Assembly: GCA_038844785.1 (NCBI GenBank)
Contig: JAWBRA010000037.1
Coordinates: 1 to 13,246 of the forward strand
Direction: 5' to 3'
Length of the DNA: 13,246 bases
DNA from: Candidatus Caldarchaeum sp.
GTDB lineage: Archaea > Thermoproteota > Nitrososphaeria_A > Caldarchaeales > Caldarchaeaceae
In this document: positions 1-7,618 of the stretch, piece by piece
Layout: every line of letters starts with the position of its first letter
Position numbering within the stretch: position 1 is the stretch's first letter
Made by a program: the position numbers and the translations under genes
Notes under the pieces: generated by a model
Told to the model about the DNA's origin: nothing
The model's database searches: none
What the model saw: the letters and a program-made list of their open reading frames with translations, nothing else

Positions 1-3
1 TAT

Positions 4-356
4 GGAAAGGCCGGCCCAGCTGTAAACAGACCGTATCAAATAGATACGGTCCAAGGCTTATCAGGCGGCCTTTCCCAAGGGGTTCTTAGATGTTGTTCTG
101 GTTGGCGGCCTCCAGCCAAACCCTCCCCTTATTTTTTCCTTTTCGTATGTCTTGTTTTACGGGTTTACGTGTTGTTGTCGCTGTTTTTTCCTTGTTGAAG
201 GAGTGCGTGCTTTTCCACTCCTTGAACAACAGAAGATAGAACCATAGACTCAGAATCGCTGTCCAATACCTAGCCATAAGCTACTACAGGTAAAGCCGTC
301 CTCCGCCTAACGAACATGACTAAACAACCGCAGCCCTAGGCCAAAAGGCCTTAAGC
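4..356. repeat. Non-coding fold-back region with nested inverted repeats (MITE/REP-like or structured RNA)
   Basis: Perfect stems GGAAAGGCCG 4-13/66-75 and GACCGTATC 29-37/43-51. A 13/14 stem at 192-205/216-229. Further nested imperfect arms at 159-177/281-299 (15/19), 101-108/303-311, 67-73/344-350 and 56-60/352-356. No credible ORF. Confidence 0.55.
111..127. repeat. 17-bp sequence TCCAGCCAAACCCTCCC, exact inverted copy at 13120-13136
   Basis: The reverse complement GGGAGGGTTTGGCTGGA is read directly at 13120-13136. Confidence 0.85.
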
Positions 357-385
357 TAACAGAGCCGTCCGAGAGGTAAGCAAGC

Positions 386-395
386 TTTTTATTTA
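386..395 (+). promoter_or_regulatory. Putative TATA box for the 422 gene
   Basis: TTTTTATTTA ends 26 nt before the TTG at 422, consistent with a leaderless archaeal promoter. Confidence 0.5.
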
Positions 396-421
396 CAGCT
401 TTAGGTGTTTATGGCAACGGG

Positions 422-955
422 TTGCAGACCGAGGACGCTGAGGTGAAGAAGCTGGCCGAGCTCAAGACGTTCTTGGAGCATAGGATGGCAGATCTCGAGC
501 ATGAGCTGGACAGTTTGAGGACGTTGCTGGAGATTGTCGACAGGGAGCTTGCGGCGAAGAGCTTCAAGAAAGCTCAGCCCCCCGAGGCAGCTGAGAAGGA
601 GGTTGCGGCTTTACGCATGATAAGGAGCAGGTCGGGCAGCCTTCTCGCAACAATGGCTTTGAAGGAGAAGGAGGCACGGATAGTCTTCAACCCCGAGATA
701 CGTGTGACGCAGGACATGAGGCCCTTCTCTTCCTTCTTGCTGCGCAAGGTTCTGGACTCGATGCGTGAAGCCGACCTTCAGAGGGTTAGTGAGGGGAAGC
801 TCGACCAGTCAGATGTCCTTAGCTATGAGGTGGTTTACGACGGGGACACAGCCCGAGAGCTCATAGTTAAAAACTACAGGGATGAGCAGAGGCTTAGAGA
901 AATAGTTAACTCGGTTAAATGGACGCTGGACACCATCGCATCATCCTACAAGTAA
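422..955 (+). CDS. Conserved archaeal hypothetical protein (N-terminal coiled coil plus alpha/beta domain)
   Basis: 177-aa ORF with a TTG start and typical codon usage. It has a heptad-rich N-terminus, and its motifs PFxSFLLRKVLDxM and ELIVKNYRDEQRLREI resemble a Thaum/Aig/Bathyarchaeal uncharacterised family (from recall, not searched). Confidence 0.85.
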   Translation: MQTEDAEVKKLAELKTFLEHRMADLEHELDSLRTLLEIVDRELAAKSFKKAQPPEAAEKEVAALRMIRSRSGSLLATMALKEKEARIVFNPEIRVTQDMRPFSSFLLRKVLDSMREADLQRVSEGKLDQSDVLSYEVVYDGDTARELIVKNYRDEQRLREIVNSVKWTLDTIASSYK

Positions 956-994
956 GACTTGGAAAAGCTTGAGAACACTCGAAACACTACAGCA

Positions 995-1001
995 TATATT
1001 T
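995..1001 (+). promoter_or_regulatory. Putative TATA box for the surface protein-signal peptidase unit
   Basis: TATATTT ends 21 nt before ATG 1023. Confidence 0.5.
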
Positions 1002-1022
1002 GGGCATTAAAAGGTTCAAACC

Positions 1023-3749
1023 ATGGGCTTCTGCTCTAAAGCAAAGGCCGCCCTGCTCACCGTCGCCATCTTAGCATCGTTTCTCACCATTCTAACCAAC
1101 ATCCCTCAAGCAGGGGCCCAGACAGCAAACGTAACATTCACCATCATGACATTGGATGGAACACAGCCCATAAGATGGGCTATTGTAAGGATTAATGGAA
1201 CGAACTCAGACCCCACCAACGCCACAGGCATGGTGACTATCAGCAACATCAACCCTGAAGCAATCCAGAACTCATTCCAAGTCGTCTTCAGAGGAGTTAC
1301 AGTTGCCAACATACCGGGTTTTAAAGTCACAGACTATGACTCAACGCCTCCATACCAAGTAACCTTGAGGGTCAACGTCACCACGATGCGGATAAACGCA
1401 CGAACCGTGTTAGGCAACCCAGTTTCCAACGTCAGGCTCACCTTATCCTACGGGTCACACACTAACACCACGACCACGGGCGGTGACGGATCAGCGTCAA
1501 TACCGCTTATGCCCAACACAACATACACAGTATCCGCCTCCTACCGAGGCTATGATGTCGGCGTTTTCACAGCTCCGTACGGCGGCTCACCCCTAACCCT
1601 CACGTTAAACCTGTTCAGCATACATGTAACGGTTCAAGACATGGAGGGCAACCCTGTTCCCTCGGCTACAGTGAGGGTCTGGTACGGCGTGCGGCAGTCT
1701 GGAAACACAACGGGTTTTGCGTCGGCGGAAACAGACGGTTCTGGAGTAGCGGTCGTAGATAGGCTTCCCTCTGGAAACTATCCACTGAACGTAGAATACC
1801 GCGGCGAGACAGTCTACCAATCACCTGCAGCGATAGCTGTGTCCAGCGGTAGCATCAACCATGTTGCGAGAACTGATCTTGTCAGATACAAGGTGAGGGT
1901 CTTAGACGCTGACGGCGTCGACTTGATCACGGGGATAAGCTTGGAGGGAAGGCTTTACAGAGACGACACACAGTACGGCAACCCCGCCACCACCTCGTCT
2001 GGAGAGCTCTCCTTCGGCCTAGTAAGGTCAAGGCCGTACATTCTAGTGGTTAGGATGGGTGATGTGGAGGTGTTTAGAGGAGAGGTTAACGCCCCGTTGG
2101 ATGCGAGCGTGAGAGGGAAGTTTTACGACGCGGTCGTAAGAGTTGACGCGTCTGGAACGCCCAGCGAAGGACTTGTATCCACGGTCACGGTCAAGCTCAG
2201 CATATCGAATTACAACGTCGAGAAGACAACCTCAAACGGCGTTGCCAGGTTCGACAACCTGCCTGTCGGAAGATACAGCTACGAGATAACTCGTGGAACA
2301 TACACTATTGGAACAGGAAACATAGAGATCAGCATGGATGAGGCGAGGCCAACAATAAGGCCGACCCTCTACACGCTCAGGCTGAAGCTAACAAACGACG
2401 TGGGCGAGGGAATCGCCGCCTCAGCCCAGTTAAGAACGTATGACGACATTGTGTTGGGGGTTTTCCAAGCGGGAGAGAACGGCGAAGCCACTGTGAGCGG
2501 GCTTATACCCATCCTGTACAGAGGTGTCGTAACCTACCGTAACGTCAGGGTTCACGATGGGTTCGAGTTTCTGATGGACCAAAACAATAAGGAGGTGGTT
2601 GTTCAGACAAAGGTTTACAACATTGTCTTCAGGCTGATGGACTTTGACGGCGAGGTTGCTGTCGCCAACGCAGAGCTGTCTGTAGCTGCTGAAGGGATAA
2701 CGGAATCCGCTACAACAAACTCTACTGGAAAAGCTGCCGTCAAAAACCTGCCCGTCGGAAGCTACACAGTCAGAGCCAGCTACCTAAACATCCCAATCCA
2801 CGAGGAAACAGTTAGGGTTGAGGCGAGCAGAGAGTTGACTTTGAAGGCTCGTGGAATAATAGATGTCGGGGTTGAGGTTGTCGACGACGATTCTGTCCCG
2901 CTGGAGGATGGAAGCGTCATGATAACGTTGGGTGCTGCAAAGTTCTCAGGCGATATATCTGGGGGGAAGATAAGGTTCGCGAACATCCCAGCAGGAACAT
3001 ACAGGCTCTCCGTCCAATACAAGGGCTTCACAGTCTACGACCGTCAAGCATCGTTTTCAACAGACGAGGACAGCGTAAGAATCCCTGCAGCGGTCTACTA
3101 TCTTAGAATGACGGTGGTAAAATCCGACGGAACACCTCTTGCAGCAGCTTCAGTAGCCGCTGTCTCCTCAGCGAAAACTGTAGCCAGCGTCTTCACAGAC
3201 CAGTCTGGAAGGGCTGAGCTCAAACTACCCCGGGGAGACTTCTCGATCGACGTCCTCTACCAAGACACCGCCGTCCATTCTCAAACCCTCTCTGTCACGC
3301 AGTCGATGATTCTCAACATAAAGGCCAAGGTTTACAGGGTTGACGTAAGGATTATTACCCCTGACGGGCTGCCAGTCCAAGGAGCTGAGGTCTCGGTGAG
3401 CAGGGGAAACAAGCTTGTGGAGAAAGACGTCACAGACGACGAGGGGAGGGCACGGCTTTACATAGCTGAGGGCGACTACTCATGGACGATGAGAATAGGA
3501 GGCTACACCTACACCTCATCCTATTCCTCGAGGCTGGATAAAGAGTTAGCCATAGTCCACGTTGAAGAGAAGCCACAGTGGCAGGGCGTTGTTCTAGCGG
3601 CGACAGCTGCTGTCTCGTTCTCATCGGTCGCCGGGCTCATCCGCTGGGGTAGGACAAGGCCCGCTGGAAGACAGAGGCCGAGAAGACCGACCGCAGAGCC
3701 TGAGAGAATGCCTGCAACACTTAAGAAAACCCGTCCACCACGTGTTTGA
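1023..3749 (+). CDS. Cell-surface protein with about 10 tandem carboxypeptidase-regulatory-like (prealbumin/Cna-B-like) beta-sandwich repeats
   Basis: Signal peptide ending AGA-Q. Ten ~80-aa repeats with consensus VxVxDxxGxPVxxAxV...TDxxGxA...LPxGxYxVxVxYxG. C-terminal TM helix followed by an Arg/Pro-rich tail. Confidence 0.9.
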   Translation: MGFCSKAKAALLTVAILASFLTILTNIPQAGAQTANVTFTIMTLDGTQPIRWAIVRINGTNSDPTNATGMVTISNINPEAIQNSFQVVFRGVTVANIPGFKVTDYDSTPPYQVTLRVNVTTMRINARTVLGNPVSNVRLTLSYGSHTNTTTTGGDGSASIPLMPNTTYTVSASYRGYDVGVFTAPYGGSPLTLTLNLFSIHVTVQDMEGNPVPSATVRVWYGVRQSGNTTGFASAETDGSGVAVVDRLPSGNYPLNVEYRGETVYQSPAAIAVSSGSINHVARTDLVRYKVRVLDADGVDLITGISLEGRLYRDDTQYGNPATTSSGELSFGLVRSRPYILVVRMGDVEVFRGEVNAPLDASVRGKFYDAVVRVDASGTPSEGLVSTVTVKLSISNYNVEKTTSNGVARFDNLPVGRYSYEITRGTYTIGTGNIEISMDEARPTIRPTLYTLRLKLTNDVGEGIAASAQLRTYDDIVLGVFQAGENGEATVSGLIPILYRGVVTYRNVRVHDGFEFLMDQNNKEVVVQTKVYNIVFRLMDFDGEVAVANAELSVAAEGITESATTNSTGKAAVKNLPVGSYTVRASYLNIPIHEETVRVEASRELTLKARGIIDVGVEVVDDDSVPLEDGSVMITLGAAKFSGDISGGKIRFANIPAGTYRLSVQYKGFTVYDRQASFSTDEDSVRIPAAVYYLRMTVVKSDGTPLAAASVAAVSSAKTVASVFTDQSGRAELKLPRGDFSIDVLYQDTAVHSQTLSVTQSMILNIKAKVYRVDVRIITPDGLPVQGAEVSVSRGNKLVEKDVTDDEGRARLYIAEGDYSWTMRIGGYTYTSSYSSRLDKELAIVHVEEKPQWQGVVLAATAAVSFSSVAGLIRWGRTRPAGRQRPRRPTAEPERMPATLKKTRPPRV

Positions 3750-4324
3750 TGAAAATGGCGTCATCGAAGAAAAACATAGCCTATGGAGTTGTCTTGGGAG
3801 CCGCTGGCCTACTCGTTGTCTTGTCAATGCTTCACACCGCCCTCGGCATAACCTTCCCGCTTCTGGTTGTTAAAAGCGGAAGCATGAGGCCGGTAATACA
3901 GGTTGGAGACATAATCATCGTCACGCCGGTAAACCCCAGACAGATAAAAGCAGACCCAGTCAACGGAGACGTGATAGTTTTCTACAGGCCTGGCGAAAAA
4001 GGGTCAGCAGGCTCGATAATAGTCCATAGGGCTATCGCGATAGTCTCCGGAGGAATCATAACTAAGGGTGACGCCAACGCGGTCGCTGACTACTGGGGGC
4101 CTGTGCCTTTCGACCATGTCATAGGTAGGTGGACAGGTTTAAGCATACCGTCATGGACAGGCATAGGCTTTCTAAGCCTCTTCCTAAGAGGTGAGATCTT
4201 CTATCCAGCAGGCCCGGTAATCGTGCTGGTTCTCATACTGGCCAACGTTTTCCTATTAGTAAGGGATGCTGTTAGAAGCAGGTCGCGTAAAGCTGAGGAA
4301 AGAGATTCCTCTCCCACGTCATGA
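3749..4324 (+). CDS. sec11: Signal peptidase I, archaeal Sec11/SipW type (peptidase S26B)
   Basis: Catalytic Ser box VVKSGSMRP, GDVIVF, catalytic His box IVHRAI and TKGDAN..D, with N- and C-terminal TM segments. ATG 3749 overlaps the upstream TGA (TGATG); the ORF track start of 3746 is a TTG. Confidence 0.95.
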   Translation: MKMASSKKNIAYGVVLGAAGLLVVLSMLHTALGITFPLLVVKSGSMRPVIQVGDIIIVTPVNPRQIKADPVNGDVIVFYRPGEKGSAGSIIVHRAIAIVSGGIITKGDANAVADYWGPVPFDHVIGRWTGLSIPSWTGIGFLSLFLRGEIFYPAGPVIVLVLILANVFLLVRDAVRSRSRKAEERDSSPTS

Positions 4325-4343
4325 GCCATCCAGCCTAACGGCC

Positions 4344-4378
4344 TGCAAAGCCTCTTAAACGTCAAAAAAGGCTTGGCA
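4344..4378. terminator. Possible hairpin/T-tract terminator between convergent genes
   Basis: TGCAAAGCC 4344-4352 pairs with GGCTTGGCA 4370-4378 (8/9). The A6 run at 4364-4369 reads T6 on the minus strand. Confidence 0.25.
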
Positions 4379-4705
4379 AAAGCGGCGTAAGAGGTTTTTT
4401 CTCCTGCGAAATCCCAGCAGAAAAGCAGCCGTCGCAGAAGCCGCTGCAAACCATGCCGCCGCCAAAACTCCGGTCAAAAACAGACCAGCCGCCGCAGCCG
4501 CAGAAACCACAGCCGTGTAAAACACAGGTCTCGCCGCCTTCTTAGCCTCAGCCAAGTAATCCGAATGTTTCTCAACAAGATGCTTTGGAAACGGGACCAA
4601 AGGAACGCAGACCGTCAAACACGCGTACAGCCCGGCCTGCCTCTCAGCCCAGCTGACAGGCTCGCCGCACAGAGGACACGCTGTATGGTTCTTCAACCTT
4701 TCCAA
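4355..4705 (-). CDS. Small membrane protein with N-terminal Cys/His (zinc-finger-like) domain
   Basis: CPLC...CLTVC...HLVEKH is followed by two Ala-rich hydrophobic helices and a basic tail. The ORF-track ATG 4738 lies just upstream of a TTTATAA box, so the start is moved to the TTG at 4705. Confidence 0.7.
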   Translation of the reverse strand: MERLKNHTACPLCGEPVSWAERQAGLYACLTVCVPLVPFPKHLVEKHSDYLAEAKKAARPVFYTAVVSAAAAAGLFLTGVLAAAWFAAASATAAFLLGFRRRKNLLRRFCQAFFDV

Positions 4706-4728
4706 GGGACAGTAGCGGTTCACCGACG

Positions 4729-4735
4729 TTATAAA
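4729..4735 (-). promoter_or_regulatory. TATA box (TTTATAA) for the 4705 gene
   Basis: Canonical TTTATAA on the minus strand, 23 nt before TTG 4705. Confidence 0.6.
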
Positions 4736-4869
4736 CATGGTGTGTTGTATAAGTTGTGTCTTAGACGTATCGGCAGCCAGGCCTAGTATACCGTTTCAAA
4801 CATGTTATAACGATCTTCACCCGTCCCCCGCATCCCTCAACGCCGTTTTGGAATATCTCTCGACAACGG

Positions 4870-4893
4870 TTTAAATGCGTCTCAGTAGCTACT
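4870..4893 (+). promoter_or_regulatory. TATA box (TTTAAAT) plus downstream 10-bp palindrome for nfo
   Basis: TTTAAAT at 4870-4876 ends 22 nt before ATG 4899. The palindrome AGTAGCTACT lies at 4884-4893. Confidence 0.55.
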
Positions 4894-4898
4894 TCTGT

Positions 4899-5747
4899 AT
4901 GCTTCTTCTGGGTGCGCATGTCTCCATCTCCGGCTCCATACACATGGCTGTAGACAGGGCTGTGGAGCTTGGATGCACAACCTTCCAGATATTCACACGC
5001 AACCCACGCGGCTGGACTTACACAAAGCTGAAGCAAGAGGATGTTGAAGAGTTCAGGAAAAAGTTTGTCCGGTCGGGTTTCACGGTTGCGATGGCCCACA
5101 TGCCGTATCTCCCCAACATAGCGTCGCCGAAAAAACTGGTTTACGAGAGGTCGGTCAAGTCTCTCACGGCAGAGCTGGAGAGATGCGGCCTCCTAGGCAT
5201 AGGACTTCTCGTGACGCATGTCGGAAGCCATCTCGGGGCGGGTATAGACAAGGGTATTGAGTCGGTCGCCCAAGCCGTCAACCGCTCATTGAAAACCGTT
5301 GAAAACAACGTTCTGCTGCTTCTGGAGAATATGGCTGGGCAGAAAAACTCATGCGGCTCGCGTTTCGAGGACATAGCGAACATTTTGGCTAAGGTTGAGC
5401 AGCCTGAGAGAGTCGGCGTATGTCTCGACACATGCCATCTGCTGGCGGCGGGATACGACATAAAAAGCGAGGAAGCTGTAGAGAAAACGTTGTCGGAGTT
5501 CGACAGAATAGTCGGGCTTGATAAGCTGAAGGCTGTTCATCTCAACGACTCGAAAGGCGGGTTGGGGAGCGGGCTTGACAGACACGAGCACATCGGTATG
5601 GGCTACGTGGGCGAAAGAGGTTTCAAAGCCTTCATCAACCATCCAGCGGTACGGGATAAGCCCATGGTCATAGAAACGCCTGAAGACAAGCGTGGAAACT
5701 ATGCGACAGACCTTGAGAAGCTGCGGAAACTCTACTTACACAAGTAG
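4899..5747 (+). CDS. nfo: Endonuclease IV (AP endonuclease family 2)
   Basis: Motifs LGAHVS, FQIFTRNPR, AHMPY, HVGS, LLENMAGQ, CLDTCH, HLNDSK, DRHEHIG and IETP are present, covering all nine Zn ligands of the family. The start is placed at ATG 4899 because ATG 4875 overlaps the TATA box. Confidence 0.97.
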   Translation: MLLLGAHVSISGSIHMAVDRAVELGCTTFQIFTRNPRGWTYTKLKQEDVEEFRKKFVRSGFTVAMAHMPYLPNIASPKKLVYERSVKSLTAELERCGLLGIGLLVTHVGSHLGAGIDKGIESVAQAVNRSLKTVENNVLLLLENMAGQKNSCGSRFEDIANILAKVEQPERVGVCLDTCHLLAAGYDIKSEEAVEKTLSEFDRIVGLDKLKAVHLNDSKGGLGSGLDRHEHIGMGYVGERGFKAFINHPAVRDKPMVIETPEDKRGNYATDLEKLRKLYLHK

Positions 5748-5787
5748 GTAACTACATAAATGCAGGTCCACGGTGCGTTATTAGGGC

Positions 5788-6834
5788 ATGGGCCTGTGGA
5801 GAACGCTGGCCGTGAAGGGAGTAACGTTAGCTGTCGTGCTGCTTAGCGTGCTGGTGATGGTTGTTGTCGTGCTGGGGCTCACAGGCGTCTCAGACAGGAT
5901 ATTATCAGCATACGTTAACGAGGAGCTGAGGACTGTCAGGCAGACCCTCTCGCAGAGAATAAGAGACCCTGCGGAGCTTGAGAAAGCATTAGAACAGTAC
6001 AGAAGGGAGCTTGAAGAATCCTACGGGCTGAACAGGCCGTGGTACGAACGTATCCCAGCCATGGTTGCCCGCGTCCTAACCCTAGACCTGGGATACTCGA
6101 GGACTATAACGTCTTTCGCAGGCAGCAGGAAGGTGGCTGACATCATAGCTGAACGTGTTCCCTACACGGTTCTACTTGTCACTACAGCTGTGGCGATAAG
6201 CGCAGCCGCTGGGATTAACCTAGGGATGAGGGCGGCCTACAGGCGCGGCAGCTTGTTCGACAGAGCCATAGCCTACCTAGCTGCAGCATCTTACGCTTTA
6301 CCATCATGGTGGACAGGGTTGATGATGATCTTCATCTTCTACTATTATCTGCGGGCTTTTCCGGCTGGAGGGTTGTTCAGCGCACCCCCTCCCGCCGATG
6401 TGTTTGGGAGGGTGTTGGACCTACTTTGGCATGCTTTCCTGCCTGTGTTGACGCTTGTTGTTGTCGTCGTCGGCGGATGGGCGTACATCTCGAGGACAAT
6501 AGTGCTCAACATAGCTCAGGAAGACTTTGTCCAGGTCGCGAAGGCTAAGGGCCTTCCCGACAGCCTGATAAGACGCCGCTACATCATGAGGCCCGCAGCA
6601 CCGCCGATAGCTACGAACGTGGTCTTCGCCATAGCCGGCTCGATAGGCGGCGCGATACTGACGGAGACTGTTTTCAACTGGCCTGGGATGGGCCGGCTCT
6701 ACTACGAAGCCATATCTGCCTTCGACGAAGGCCTCGTAGTTGCTTTAACCTTCATGTACACGCTCATCTACATAGCGGCACGGTTTGTGGTGGAGGTTTT
6801 GATCGTAGCTCTCGACCCGAGGGTGAGGCTTTAG
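5788..6834 (+). CDS. dppB: ABC transporter permease, DppB/OppB (peptide/nickel/oligosaccharide) family
   Basis: Multiple TM helices, LDLGYS, EAA-type loop EDFVQVAKAKGLPDSLIRRRY, TETVFNWPGMG and C-terminal LDPRVR. Confidence 0.95.
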   Translation: MGLWRTLAVKGVTLAVVLLSVLVMVVVVLGLTGVSDRILSAYVNEELRTVRQTLSQRIRDPAELEKALEQYRRELEESYGLNRPWYERIPAMVARVLTLDLGYSRTITSFAGSRKVADIIAERVPYTVLLVTTAVAISAAAGINLGMRAAYRRGSLFDRAIAYLAAASYALPSWWTGLMMIFIFYYYLRAFPAGGLFSAPPPADVFGRVLDLLWHAFLPVLTLVVVVVGGWAYISRTIVLNIAQEDFVQVAKAKGLPDSLIRRRYIMRPAAPPIATNVVFAIAGSIGGAILTETVFNWPGMGRLYYEAISAFDEGLVVALTFMYTLIYIAARFVVEVLIVALDPRVRL

Positions 6835-6845
6835 GACACAAACCG

Positions 6846-6851
6846 TTATAA
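6846..6851 (+). promoter_or_regulatory. TATA box for the coiled-coil gene
   Basis: TTATAA ends 26 nt before ATG 6878. Confidence 0.55.
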
Positions 6852-6877
6852 GCAAGGTGCAGCAGCTTATCCCACGC

Positions 6878-7618
6878 ATGAAGATAGTTCTCGTAACTGC
6901 GGTTGCCGTGGCATTGTTTGTGGGCGTTGTCGCCGGAGCTTCATACTATACGTACGTCTTGGGCGAGAGTGAGGCGAGGTATCAAAGAATTGTTGACGGT
7001 CTGAGGGCTGAAAACCTGCGTCTACAAAACCTTCTAACAGAAGCGACGAACCAGATCAGCAGACTGCAGTCTGACGTTAGAAGCCTTCAGACAGCTGTTG
7101 AAAACGCTGAGCAGAACGCTAGGAGGCTGAGCGAAAACGCGGAATCTTTGGAAAGACGGCTGGACCAGCTATCCTCGCAGCTCAGCTCAGCAACCCAAGA
7201 CCTCAACAACCTACGCTCCAAAATAACCCGTGTCAACGAAATTCTACCGCTTCTCGAGAACGACCGCGTCCTCGTCAGCTGGATTAGGACAGACCCGCCG
7301 GGGGAGAGGGAGCCCGCCCGCCGGTACTGGAACGAGACCCGTGCGCTGGCTTTGAAAAGCGACCCCAACCTCGCCATCACAGTTGACAAGATACTGGCCA
7401 GCTTGGACCTTTACTTCGACTGGGTTGAGAAATTTCCGCCGCTGAGAGGGACTTCGAGGCAGGAGATTTTAGCATGGTGTCCGCTTTACATAGACTGGCT
7501 TCTCAGCGCTCCGCCAGGGGTAGAAGAGTACAATAACGCCATAAACCAGTTTAGGCAGGAGGTTTTCCTCGTAGTCATCGGCCACATAGACTCGTTGTCC
7601 AAGGCTTTGGAGAGCTAG
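6878..7618 (+). CDS. Membrane-anchored coiled-coil protein of unknown function
   Basis: N-terminal TM/signal anchor MKIVLVTAVAVALFVGVVAG, then ~100 aa of continuous heptads, then a Trp/Tyr-rich helical C-terminal domain. ATG 6878 is preferred over GTG 6857 on TATA spacing. Confidence 0.85.
   Translation: MKIVLVTAVAVALFVGVVAGASYYTYVLGESEARYQRIVDGLRAENLRLQNLLTEATNQISRLQSDVRSLQTAVENAEQNARRLSENAESLERRLDQLSSQLSSATQDLNNLRSKITRVNEILPLLENDRVLVSWIRTDPPGEREPARRYWNETRALALKSDPNLAITVDKILASLDLYFDWVEKFPPLRGTSRQEILAWCPLYIDWLLSAPPGVEEYNNAINQFRQEVFLVVIGHIDSLSKALES

Noticed and set aside
1-80. RNase P-like words (ACAGA...GGCTTATC) at the left end, and AGGAAAACTCCGCC...AGAAGGCGGC at 13039-13090
   Set aside because: Spacing between the putative conserved regions is far too short for RNase P RNA, and the other conserved regions are absent.
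86-277. 63-aa minus-strand ORF
   Set aside because: Lies within the fold-back repeat. Its Lys/Thr-rich composition simply mirrors the T-rich strand bias, and it has no recognisable motif.
411-446. Short ATG-initiated ORF overlapping the 422 start, preceded by AGGTG
   Set aside because: Only 11 codons and probably upstream of the TSS predicted from the TATA box. No further support.
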